This document shows, one piece after another, positions 21,823 to 31,950 of a stretch of 64,000 nucleotides of DNA. The notes under the pieces are model-generated. The model was not told the DNA's origin. It saw nothing but the letters and a program-made list of their open reading frames with translations, and ran no database searches. Both the position numbers and the translations under genes were made by a program. Location: positions 512,001-576,000 of the forward strand of contig CAVQXP010000004.1 of the NCBI GenBank assembly GCA_963717935.1, in the 5' to 3' direction. Position 1 is the first letter of the stretch; each line of letters opens with the position of its first letter. The stretch is from Candidatus Eiseniibacteriota bacterium. Its GTDB lineage: Bacteria > Eisenbacteria > RBG-16-71-46.

Positions 21823-23094
21823 TCAAAACGTCGTCTGCAGCGACAGGAAGCCCTTGTCGTGGTGGTGCCAGATCTCGTAGCGCTCGGGATCGAGTTCGAA
21901 GCCCTCGACGCCGCTCACCGAGACCCGGCCGAAGCGCGCCACGAGCCCGAAGTAGGCGCGCGATTCGTTGCGGGTGCCGTGGGAGAAGGAACCGGTCTCG
22001 CCGGACTTGCTGACGCTCGCGCGGTCGAAGAGGCCTCCCAGCCGCACGGTGAGATCCGCCCGCGCCGCCCAGCGAGCTTCGAGCTGGAGCGCGCGGTCGA
22101 TCGCGCGGAAGCGGGCGTCGGCGAGCGGCGGCCGGTAGCTCTGCATGCGGTCCACGTAGAGCCAGCGCCCCTCGATGGCGACGTCCCGCCACGGCGAGCG
22201 GCGAGCGGCCAGCTCGACCTGCCACATGCGGCGCGACCTGCGCGCGTCCCCCACGGAGAGGTCGAGGAGTTGATCGGTGCTGCGGGCCTGCCGGTTCTCG
22301 GTGCGCGCCATCCAGGTGGTGCCCAGCGCCCGCGCCTCGAGCGCGGCAGAGCCCCGGGCGCCCCACAGCGACTGTACCCGCCCGGGTTCCGGATCGCCGT
22401 AGGAGCCCACGCGCTTGCGGGCGAGCGTGAGCCACTTGCCCTCGGTCTCCAGGCGCCAGCGCGCCCGCCGCAGCGCGGCCTTGAAGGCGGGCTCCCAGGG
22501 GTGCCGGTCGTACGGGGCGCCGCTCTCGCCCACCCGGGTCTGGCGCCAGACCCACAGGTTGTTGAAGAGGTCTTCGAGCCCGTAGACGAGCCTCAGTTGA
22601 TTGCGGGTGGTGTCGGCGCCCAGCTCCCACAGGAGCGCGAAATCCTGGCGCGACTTGTCGTAGTAGGGCCGGAACATCACTCCCAGCGTGCCCGCGCGCT
22701 GCGGGAACAGGAACCACAACTCGAGGTTCTCGTAAGTGGCCAGGTCACTCTCGACCTGGTCGAACCGCAAACCGAAGCGCGCGCGGCGCCCGAGCGGGGA
22801 CACGAGCTTCAACTCGGTGTCCGTGTACCACTGCCCCGAGGTGAAGCAGCCCTGCGAGGTGCGAAGGGCCTGCGGCGCCCGGTCCCACTCGTCGCGCCAC
22901 TCGGCCGGCCGGCGCACGAGCAGGTGATCGAGGAGGCTTTCGTCATCCTCCTCTGGACGCTCGACGTCGAAGGAGGAGAATTCCTCGGTCGAGGCGCCGG
23001 CGGGCGCCGGGTGCGCGGCGGGAAGCAGCGCCCACGCGAGCGCCAGCGCGAGCAGGCGCCGCACGCGCCGGCGGGTGCGCGGCCGTGGGTCCAT
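21823..23094 (-). CDS. putative outer-membrane beta-barrel protein, unknown function
   Basis: GGAGG RBS, signal peptide, amphipathic beta-strands rich in W/F/R, terminal LSLQTTF. Confidence 0.65.
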   Translation of the reverse strand: MDPRPRTRRRVRRLLALALAWALLPAAHPAPAGASTEEFSSFDVERPEEDDESLLDHLLVRRPAEWRDEWDRAPQALRTSQGCFTSGQWYTDTELKLVSPLGRRARFGLRFDQVESDLATYENLELWFLFPQRAGTLGVMFRPYYDKSRQDFALLWELGADTTRNQLRLVYGLEDLFNNLWVWRQTRVGESGAPYDRHPWEPAFKAALRRARWRLETEGKWLTLARKRVGSYGDPEPGRVQSLWGARGSAALEARALGTTWMARTENRQARSTDQLLDLSVGDARRSRRMWQVELAARRSPWRDVAIEGRWLYVDRMQSYRPPLADARFRAIDRALQLEARWAARADLTVRLGGLFDRASVSKSGETGSFSHGTRNESRAYFGLVARFGRVSVSGVEGFELDPERYEIWHHHDKGFLSLQTTF

Positions 23095-23165
23095 CGGGTC
23101 TTCCTCCGCTCGTGCGCGCGCCGGTTCCACGCGTGGTGCGGGGTGCTCCACGCCGGGGCCGGCGC

Positions 23166-23175
23166 ATTGTATAGT
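23166..23175. promoter_or_regulatory. overlapping divergent -10 elements
   Basis: ATTGTATAGT gives TATAGT (+, 23170-23175) and TACAAT (-, 23171-23166), between divergent genes. Confidence 0.5.
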
Positions 23176-23258
23176 CCGGACGGTCGCGAACGCCAAGAAC
23201 TCCGCTTCCCTGCGGGCCCCGCCGGGGCCTGCACGCCACCCCGCGAGGGCCGTCGTCC

Positions 23259-25869
23259 ATGAACGCTCGTCCCTTCTCTCCCCGCGCCGCGCTGCGCGTG
23301 CTCGGCATCGCGCTGGCCGTCGTGGCCGTCCTGGTGGCCGCGGCCTGGATCGCGCTCGCCGTGCTGCTCCCGCACGATCGCGTGCTGGCGCTCGTGCGCG
23401 CGCAACTGGCGGGATCGCTGCGCCGCGAGGCGCGGCTCGCCGACGTCGTCGGTACGGCTCTGGCCGCCCGTCCGGCTCGTGGCCCGCGGCTTCGAGCTGG
23501 CCGAGCCAGGGGGCTTCGCCCGGGGCGCGGCGGTGAAGGTGGGCGCCCTCGATCTGGATCTCGACGTGCTCCCGCTGCTCTCGCGGGGCGTCTCGTGGTG
23601 CGCAACCTCACGCTCGAGCGGCCGATCGCTGCACCTCGTGCTGCGAGCGGACGGGACCACGAACCTGGACAGCCTGCTCGCCGCCGCGCCGCCCTCCGGG
23701 CGCGCGGGCGTCCGCGGGCCCGCCCATGGACCTTGCCGTGCGCTCGTTCGTCGTTCGCGGGGGCGAGGTGCTGGTGGACGACCTGGGTGCGAGGCGGCGC
23801 ATCTTCCTCGGCCTGGACACGCGGCTTTCGCTGTCCGCCGCCGGCGGCCGGCGGTTCGCGACGAAGGGCCGGACGAGCCTCTCGCGGGTCGCGCTCGGGC
23901 CGCTCGCGGCGCGCGGGCCCGCCGATCTCGACCGGCGCTGGCGAAGCTCGTCTGGACCCTCGAGCACGACGGCCGCTTCGACGCGTGCGAGGAACACGCT
24001 CGAGCTCGAACGGCTCGCGCTCGGCCTCGGGCGGGCGCGGCTGACGCTCGCGGGCACGGTCGCGGACCCGGGACCGAAGGCCACGCTCGAGCTGCGCGCG
24101 AAGGGCGAGGGCCTGGATCTGGGCGACGTGCTCGGCTTCCTGGCCGTGGCCGACGCGCGCGCCCTGAATGGCGTCCGCGGCGGCGGACGCGCGGCCTTCG
24201 ACCTGCGCGTCACGGGACGCGCAGGCCCCGGAACGCTCCCCGCGCTCACCGGCACGCTCTCCGTCACGGGGGGCTCGTTCCGCTACCCGGGGGCCCCCGC
24301 GGGCGTGGACGGGCTCGCCTTCACCGCGCGCTTCGTCCCCGACCAGGTCACGGTGGACGATCTGCGCGCGCGCGTCGCCGGGCAACCGCTGCGCGCGCAG
24401 CTCGCCCTGAGCCGCTTCGCCGACCCCGAGACGCGCTTCGCCCTCGAGGGCGGGCTCGACCTGGCGGCGCTCTCGCAGTTGTTCGCCCCGAAGGACACGA
24501 AGCTCGCCGGGCGCGTCGACTTGAACGTGCGTGGCGGCGGGCGGCTCAAGGATCCGGGCTGGGATCGTGCTGGACGGCCGCGCCACGCTCGCCAACGCGA
24601 GCCTCGAGAGCCCGGCGCTGCCGAAGAGGGTGGAGGCCATCTCGGCTGCGTTCCAGCTCTCGCCCGAGCGCGCCACGGTGCGCGGCCTCACCGCGCGCGC
24701 CGGGCAGTCCTCATTCAACCTGCGACGCTTCGGTGACGCGCCCGCTGGCCCTCGCGGGCAAGCCCGGCGAGGTCGCGCCCGCGGGGCTCACGTTCACGCT
24801 CAGGTCGCCCTACCTCGACCTGGCGGAGCTGCTACCGCCCGGCCCGGGCGGCCCCCTCGCGCTCAACGCGAAGGGGGGTGGCCGGGTGGAGATCGCGCGG
24901 TTGCGCAACGGGAAGCTCGATGTCGAGGACGTGGTCGCGAACGTGGCGGTCGAGCCCGCGATCATCAGCGTGCCCTCGTTCGCACTGCGCGGCTATGGCG
25001 GCGCGGTGACGGGCAGTGCGCGCTTCGGCTTCCAGGACCCGGCCAACCCGAGCTTCGCCGTGAAGGGCCGCGCCGACACCGTCCAGGTGGACCGCTTCCT
25101 CTCGGCCTGGAGTCCGGCGCGGGCGGTCGTGACCGGCGTGGCCAGCACGAACTTCGATTTCTCCGGTGAAGGCGTGCAGCCGGAGCAGCTCAAGACGTCG
25201 CTCACCGCGCTCGGGCTGGCGCTGCTGGCCGATGGCCGGCTCGGTGGGCCGGTGATGGAGGCCATCGCCCAGGCCACGCGTGCGCCCGCCCTGCGCGAAG
25301 TGCGCTTCCACGACCTCAAGCTTCCGTTCCGCGTCGAGCGTGGTCGCGTGGTCACCGACTCGGTGCGCTTCGGCGGCGGCTCGGGCGAGTGGCTGGTCTC
25401 GGGGCTCGTGGGCTTCGACGGCGCGCTCGACTACGCCGTGAGCGCGACCCTGCCGCCGGAGGTCCTGGGCCACGGCGGGGTGCAGAGCGCGCTGGCGGCC
25501 GGGTTGCTGAGCGACGAGCGCGGCCGCCTGTTGCTCGACCTGCGCGTGACCGGCAACGCGAAGGCTCCGCGCGTGGCGCTGAACTCGCAGGTCATGCGGG
25601 ACCGGCTTGCCGGGAAGGCGTCGAACCTGCTGCGCGAGCAGCGCGCGCGATTGGGCGAGACGCTGCTGCGCTCGAGTGGTCTCGCGCCACGGGACAGCGG
25701 CGCGGCGGAAGGCGCGCAGGGGCGCGCGCCGCGGCCCGACACGAAGGCGCTCGGCAAGGAGGTGCAGAAGCAGGGCGAGGATCTGCTCCGGGGGTTCTTC
25801 GGCGGGAAGAAGAAGGCGCCGCCGGCGGTCGCGCCGGCTCCGGCGCCGGCGGACACGGGGGGGAAGTAG
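23259..25869 (+). CDS. AsmA-family protein (multiple frameshifts)
   Basis: N-terminal TM anchor, LDLDVLPLLS..LERP..L..R.DGTTNL (AsmA N-terminus), beta-rich body, AsmA_2-like C-terminus (GYGG..G, PFRVERGRV, GFDGALDY). Spread over ORFs 23259, 23479, 23726 and 24531. Confidence 0.8.
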
Positions 25870-25899
25870 CGCGTCGCCGGTCCAGCGGCCGTGCGGGCC

Positions 25900-27873
25900 T
25901 CAGGCTGGCCCGGCCGCGCGCGCCGGCTCGCCGACGCGCTCCAACTCCTCGAGCCAGACCCGCAGCAACTCGGCTGCGGCGAGCGTCGAGGCTGGATCGC
26001 CGGCAGGCTCGACGCTCGAACCGTCCGCGCTCACCCGCAGCGTCGCCGGCACGTGGCCGGCGGCGCGCGCCGCGGCCCGCGCGGCCTCGACCCAGCCCCG
26101 CGCGCGCGCCTGTGCGTCGGCGCTGCGGTGATGAACGCGCAGGTACGCGGTCACGAAGGCGCCCAGCGCCGCGGTCGAGACGCGCTCGCTGCCGGGCGAT
26201 TCACGCAGGCCCCAGGGCGTGAGCAGCTCGCGCTCGAGCGTGGCGACGAGGCGCTGGGCGCGCGCGGGCGGCAGCAGCGCGGGCGGCAGGCTCACCGCCA
26301 GCGCCTGGGAGGGCGAGAGGCCGCGCACCGCGCCGCCGGGCGCGAGGGCCTCGTACAACCGGTCGTTCTCGTCGTCCCAGAAGGCGTCGCCGAAGAGCTT
26401 CTGATGCTCGTGCGCCCACGCCAGATAGAAGGCGCCGGTCTCCTTGTGCGAGAGCAGGCGCGACAACTGCGCCATCGCCACCAGCGCGTGGTACCAGAGC
26501 GCGTTCAGATCCGCCCGCCTCACGCCGTCCACGGCGAGCAGGCCCTCGGCGTCCACGCGCACTCCGTGCCGCGTGCCCTGCCGGAGCGCCTGCATCACGC
26601 CCTCGAGCGCCGGATAGAGCGTCTCCGAGAGGAATGCGCCGTCGGCGCTGCGCCGCGCGTAGAGATCGGCGCCAGCCACGAGCCAGAGCGAGGGCGCGGG
26701 GCTGCCATAGCGCGGCCGTCCGTCCGCGGCGTCGAACGCCTCGGGGGCCAGGCCCTCGTCGAGGTACTCGACGTAGCCGCGCAGGACATCGCGCGCGAGC
26801 TCGAACCCGCGCAGACTCACGAGGGCCTGCACGGCCTGCAGTGCGTCGGCGCCCCGCTCCTCGCCGTGTGGCAACGTGGCGGCCAGCGTACGACGGTGGC
26901 CGCGGCGCACGAGTCCGGCGCGGAGCGCGAGCGCGAGATCCACGGCGACTCGATCGTGCTCGTCCACGAGCGGCTCGCGCCGGCGAGCGACCCCGGCGGC
27001 TGGACCGCCGTGCGCCGCGGCCGCCTGCCGGGCGGTGAAGTCCGCGCCCGCGATCGCCGTGTGCCGCCAGCGGTCGAGGCGTGCGCGCTCGCCCCGATCG
27101 AGCTCGGCCACGCAGTCGGCGAGCGTACGTGGTGGCGGCGCGCCCAGGCGCCCCGCGGCGGCCAGGGTCTTGAAGAGGGCGACCTCGGCGGCGAAGACCA
27201 GGTGGAAGGCGCGTCCCGGCGCAAGCAGCCCCTCCGCATGGCCCGGCACCAGCGCGTCCTCGCGCGCGCCGGCGGCCTCGTCGCCGGGGTACTCGAGGCC
27301 CCGCACCCAGACGCGCGCGGGCAGGAAGGTGCCGTTGTGCCAGAGCGTCAGCGTCGGCGCCCACGAGGCGAGCTCGATGCGCACGCGGCCCGGGATGCCG
27401 TGGATGGCGCCGAGGAGCCGTGCGCCCTGGCGCGCCGGCTGGTCGAGACCGCGCGCCACGCACAGCGGGCTCGCCGCGAGGTGCACGGCGGGGCCGGAGA
27501 GGTGCTGATAGCGGACGACCACGGCGTCGTGGCCCGAGAGCGCGAAGAGCGACTTCTCGATCACCGTGCCAGCCACGCTCCAGCGCCAGGTGGGCCACGG
27601 ATCGAGCCGGAACCCCTCGAGCCGGACCTGGCCCCGCGCCCGGCGGCGCTGGCTGGCGAGCTCGAAGCTTCCGGCTTCGCCGCTCACGCGCTCGTCGAGT
27701 CGGAGCAGAAGCGCGGTCGGCCGCCCGAGAGCGCCCGCGACCAGCAGCGCCTGCGAGCTGCGCGCGGGCGCGCCCGAGGCGCCGCCCGAACACGATCCGC
27801 CGAGTCCGTTCGCGAGCAGCCACTCGGCCGCCACGGTCGTCGAGCCTGAAAGGACATCCTGTCCAGGGCGCAT
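25900..27873 (-). CDS. glycogen debranching enzyme (GDE_N + amylo-alpha-1,6-glucosidase) family protein with degenerate active site
   Basis: EWLLANGLGG N-terminal motif, NALWY, FWD..L, LLTPWGLR. Intact reading frame. Confidence 0.8.
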   Translation of the reverse strand: MRPGQDVLSGSTTVAAEWLLANGLGGSCSGGASGAPARSSQALLVAGALGRPTALLLRLDERVSGEAGSFELASQRRRARGQVRLEGFRLDPWPTWRWSVAGTVIEKSLFALSGHDAVVVRYQHLSGPAVHLAASPLCVARGLDQPARQGARLLGAIHGIPGRVRIELASWAPTLTLWHNGTFLPARVWVRGLEYPGDEAAGAREDALVPGHAEGLLAPGRAFHLVFAAEVALFKTLAAAGRLGAPPPRTLADCVAELDRGERARLDRWRHTAIAGADFTARQAAAAHGGPAAGVARRREPLVDEHDRVAVDLALALRAGLVRRGHRRTLAATLPHGEERGADALQAVQALVSLRGFELARDVLRGYVEYLDEGLAPEAFDAADGRPRYGSPAPSLWLVAGADLYARRSADGAFLSETLYPALEGVMQALRQGTRHGVRVDAEGLLAVDGVRRADLNALWYHALVAMAQLSRLLSHKETGAFYLAWAHEHQKLFGDAFWDDENDRLYEALAPGGAVRGLSPSQALAVSLPPALLPPARAQRLVATLERELLTPWGLRESPGSERVSTAALGAFVTAYLRVHHRSADAQARARGWVEAARAAARAAGHVPATLRVSADGSSVEPAGDPASTLAAAELLRVWLEELERVGEPARAAGPA

Positions 27874-27914
27874 GACGCAGGAAGATAACGGGTTGCTGCG
27901 CAGGGACAAAACAT

Positions 27915-28059
27915 GGCCGGGGCAGCAGGAGGCCTTCCGCGAACGTCGCAGGGTCGTGATTCGGCCAGGATGGCCGAATCACGACATTGCGGAGGCGACA
28001 AGCGGCGCCAGGATGGCGCCGCAAGCCGGGTTCGCGGAAGGCCTCCTGCTGCCCCGGCC
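27915..28059. mobile_element. MITE/REP-like element, 145 bp, perfect 30-bp terminal inverted repeats and two internal CCA-GGA-TGG hairpins
   Basis: GGCCGGGGCAGCAGGAGGCCTTCCGCGAAC (27915-27944) and its reverse complement (28030-28059). Hairpins at 27953-27985 (15-bp stem) and 28002-28022 (9-bp stem), both with GGA loops. Confidence 0.65.
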
Positions 28060-28189
28060 GTCCGCGGTGGCTACATCGCGCCGGCCGTCCGCGGTGGCTA
28101 CATCGCGCCGGCCGTCCGCGGTGGCTACATCGCGCCGGCCGTCCGCGGTGGCTACATCGCGCCGGCCGTCCGCAGTGGCTACAGCCGCG
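28054..28189. repeat. 27-bp tandem repeat, 4 perfect copies plus 1 degenerate copy
   Basis: CCGGCCGTCCGCGGTGGCTACATCGCG at 28054, 28081, 28108 and 28135. Variant at 28162 contains the stop codon of the adjacent gene. No spacers. Confidence 0.95.
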
Positions 28190-29354
28190 CCGGCCGGCGG
28201 ATCACGCCGGAGAGCGGCGCCAGGTCCACGCCGCCCAGCCGCTTCGCCGTCGTCGCGCGCCCGAGCCATTCGCGCGCCTGCGGCGTGGCGCGCACCCAGA
28301 CCACCGCGTGCCCCCGCGCCCGGGCTCGCCCGAGGATCTCGCCCCAGCGCCGGTCCAGCGCCTTCGCCGTCTTCGCGCGCGCTTCGGCGTCGAGCACGGC
28401 ATCCGGCTCGTCGTAGATCACACCCATCTCCGCCGCCAGCGGCCGGCACACCGCGCCCGCGGCGGGCAGCAGGTGGATGAACGGCAGATGCCGGCGCCGC
28501 AACTCACGGTAGACCGCGCCCATCAGCGTCATGTCCTGGGTGGCGAGCGAGCCCATGTGGTTCGCGACCCCCACCACCGGGCCCGCCTGGTCCAGCCAGC
28601 GCCGCATGGTGCCCGTCACGCGGTCCGGCTTCGCCGTGACCAGCAGAGTCCCCGGCCCGGGGTTGAGTTGCGGATAATTGACCGGCTCGAGCGGGATGTG
28701 GAGCACGACCTCGCGGCCCTTTTCGTGCGCCGCACGGAACATCGCGCCGCTCGCCCCGGCGTCCGGTGCGAGCGCGACGGCGAAGGGCAACGGCAGGTCG
28801 AAGGTGCGTCTCGCCCCGTCCAGGTCGTCGCCGAAACCGAAGAGCACGAGCGCAAGCCGGGGCGCCGGGCGCTCGGACGGCGCTTCGGGGCGGACCCCGC
28901 GCACCAGCAGCACCTCGTGCAGGCCGCGCTTCGGCAGGCCCAGGAGCAGCGTCAGGCGCACCTCTCCGTGCGGGCCCACGGTCTCGCGTCCGCCCAGCAC
29001 CACCCCGCCCAGCTTCTCGACGCGGCGGCTCACCGCGTAGTTCACCTGGAGCAGGGAAGCGTCGGAACGGAGCCCCACACGCCAGCGTGCGGCGCCCGGG
29101 CCGCCGCGCCAGGCGTTCTCGTGCACGCTGTCGGCGGGGACTCCGGCGGCGGTGAGGCCGGCGCGGATCTCGCGCGCGAAGAGCGTGACCACGCGGGCGC
29201 GATCGCCGAGTCCCCAGCGCGCCAGCGCCACCTGTCCCCGGCCCGAGCGCGCCAGCACCCAGGCCTCGCCACCCAGGAAGAGCAGCAATGCGGAGACGGC
29301 GAGCACGATGAGCGTGCGCGTCGGGGCGGGTGATCGGCGCTTGCTTCTGGGCAT
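28179..29354 (-). CDS. divergent polysaccharide deacetylase (YibQ-like) family protein
   Basis: N-terminal TM, EVVLHIPLEP..PGPG and GVANHMGS motifs. Confidence 0.85.
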   Translation of the reverse strand: MPRSKRRSPAPTRTLIVLAVSALLLFLGGEAWVLARSGRGQVALARWGLGDRARVVTLFAREIRAGLTAAGVPADSVHENAWRGGPGAARWRVGLRSDASLLQVNYAVSRRVEKLGGVVLGGRETVGPHGEVRLTLLLGLPKRGLHEVLLVRGVRPEAPSERPAPRLALVLFGFGDDLDGARRTFDLPLPFAVALAPDAGASGAMFRAAHEKGREVVLHIPLEPVNYPQLNPGPGTLLVTAKPDRVTGTMRRWLDQAGPVVGVANHMGSLATQDMTLMGAVYRELRRRHLPFIHLLPAAGAVCRPLAAEMGVIYDEPDAVLDAEARAKTAKALDRRWGEILGRARARGHAVVWVRATPQAREWLGRATTAKRLGGVDLAPLSGVIRRPARL

Positions 29355-29590
29355 GGCGGGGGGGACGAGCGCCACGTTACGGAGGTGACCCGGATTCGTC
29401 AATGAGACGGTGGAATGCCGCCCGGGGGGCTCGCCGGGGGCGTGGGCCCACGGTGGATTTGCAGTTGTGTGACACCGCGAGCCGCGGCCCGGTGCCACGC
29501 TTCAGGTGAAGTCGTCTGGGGGTCCCTCGCCGTGCCCGTGCCCCGGGCCGGACCCGCGGTGGACCCCTTCGACCCCGAAAGGCACGCATC

Positions 29591-30228
29591 ATGAAGAACC
29601 GACACCTCCTGCTCGCCGCGATCGTCGTGCTGGCGGCCGGGGCCTGGACGACGACGCGGGCCGGCGAGCCGGTTCGGGGCGCCCGGCTGGACGCGGTCGT
29701 GGCGGTCGCGCCGGGGGGGGTAGCGGGGTGGGGGCCGTCCCGGCCGGCATGGACCGCTGCTGCCCGCACCGCCTGACGCGGGTGGGGATCGTGCGCACGG
29801 GCGGCATCTCCGGAACTCCGCCCGGGAGCGCGGGGACCCCCGCGCTCGAGCCCTGCGACGCCTGCGATGACTGGGAGATCTGCGCGCGCGCACTGGAGGG
29901 CGTCGGGGCCAGCATGCAGGTGATGCCCCTGCGCAACGGGGTCATGCGCGTCTTCACCGCCGCCACGCCTGCGGGGGTGCGGGTGGTGCAGGCCGCGCTG
30001 GCACTCCACTACGAACGCATGAGCGGGCTGATCGCGACGGGCGAGGCCGTCCGTCTTTGCACTGCGTGCCGGGTCATGCGGGGCGCCGCGGCCAGCGGGC
30101 AGCTGGCGCGGGAGATCATCAAGATCGACGGCGGCTGCATCACGCTCACGACCTCGGCCGATACCGCCATCGTGACGAAGATCCACGCCGAGGCCGGGAT
30201 CCCGACCCCGGTCCGGCTGAAGCTCTGA
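29591..30228 (+). CDS. secreted cysteine-rich hypothetical protein (indel near 29720)
   Basis: Signal peptide MKNRHLLLAAIVVLAAGAW (ORF 29591) joins ORF 29506 across a G-run. CC, CDAC, CTAC and further Cys. Confidence 0.65.
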
Positions 30229-30352
30229 GACCGACCGGCCCGCCGTGGAGGCAGGCTCCGGCAAGCAGGTGCGGGGCGTGACGGCCGGCGCCCGACTCCC
30301 CCTGTGTCCCGGGCGTTGCCGCGCCGGGGCCCAGGGGCTACGCTGGTAGGCC

Positions 30353-31950
30353 ATGGCCGCCCCCTCGCTCGGTGCCCGCGTGAGCCGGCGCGCACTCATC
30401 CTCGTCGGTCTCGGGGTGGCGCTTCCTGCCACCCTGCTCGCCGGCCTCGGCATCTACCTGACGCTGCGCATCGCCCACGCGGTCGAGGACGAGAGCGCGC
30501 GCTACAACAGCTACATCGCCAAGCAGGTCGGCGAGACGTTCGAGCGCGAGCTGCTCGGAGAGCTCCGGCGCGCCATCCCGCCCGCCGAGACCGCGGCCCG
30601 CTCCGGCGCCGACGCGGCGGCCGTGCTCGAGGCGCTGCGGACCGGCACGCGCGAGTTCTCCGACCCCGCATTTCCTGCCCGAGACCGAGTTGCCCGGCAC
30701 CACGGGCCTCATCGTCGAGTCCACGGCGCTGCTCTACGTCCGCGGCGAGGGGGCGCGCAAGGTCCGCACGTTCGCCGGCCTGCTGCTGCACGGCCCGACA
30801 GGGTGAGGTGCTGGGGGCGGGCGGCTGGTGGTTCGAGCCGCGCCGCTTCCTGCTCGCGCACTTCGAGGGGGTGGTCCAGGACCGGCTCCCGGAGAACCCG
30901 CGGCTCTACGGCGGCATCGTGTCCACGCGTCGCCTGAGCGTGGCTCTGCTCGGGCCCTTCGGCGAGGAGTTGCTGCGCGTGCGCCAGCCGGGCCATGCCC
31001 GCAGCGCGCGGATCGAGCCCCTGGGCGGGCCGTTCGAGGGCTACGCCGTCCGCGTCGCCCCCGCGGTGGGAGCGCCCGCGGTCTGGGTCACGCGCTTCTT
31101 CGGGCTCATGATCGCCTTCATCGGGCTCATGGGCCTGGCGACCGTGGTGGCCGCGCTGGCCGGACTGAGGTACGCCTCCCGGCAGCTCGAGCTGGCCCAG
31201 CTCAAGTCGAGCTTCGTCTCGAACGTGACCCACGAGCTGAAGACGCCCATCGCGCTCATCCGTCTGGCCGCCGAGACCCTCGAGTTGCGCCGGTTCTCGA
31301 CCCCGGAGGAGGGCCAGGCCTTCCTGGACAGCATCGTGCGCGAGACCGTCCGGCTCCAGCAACTGGTGGACAACATCCTGGATTTCGCCCGGCTCGAGGC
31401 CGGCCAGACGGTCTTCCGCTTCGAAGCAGTAGACCTGCCCGCCGTTGTGAGGGAGACTGTCGACGATTTCCGGCCGCGGCTCGAACAGCAGGGGTTCCAG
31501 ATCGAGCTCGATCTGCCGGAGGGCCTGCCGCCGGTGCGGGGCGACGCCGTCATGCTCCAGCACTGCATGTTCAACCTGCTCGACAACGCGCTCAAGTACT
31601 CCCGCACGCGGCGCGAGGTGAAGGTGTCGGTCGAGGCGCGCGACGGAGCCGTGGCCGCCTCGGTCGCGGACCACGGCATCGGCATCGTGCCGGCGGACCA
31701 GAAGCGCATCTTCGAGAAGTTCGTCCGAGTGGAGGCCGGGCTCGTCCACGACGTGAAGGGCGCGGGCCTTGGATTGTCACTGGTGCAGCAGATCGTGCGC
31801 GCGCACGGCGGGCGCGTGGAACTCCAGAGCAGCCCGGGCGAGGGCAGCACCTTCACGATGGTGCTGCCCTGCGCGGACGGGACCGAGGCCCCCCGCCGGG
31901 GTGCCCGGAACGCACGACCGACGGATCCGGGAAGGGAGACGGTGTCATGA
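30353..31950 (+). CDS. membrane sensor histidine kinase (HisKA/HATPase; indels near 30672 and 30803)
   Basis: Two TMs, VTHELKTP H-box, NLLDNALKY, DHGIG, FEKF, GAGLGL. Confidence 0.92.

Noticed and set aside
28054..28189. Possible CRISPR array
   Set aside because: The 27-bp units are head-to-tail with no spacers, and there are no cas genes in the window.
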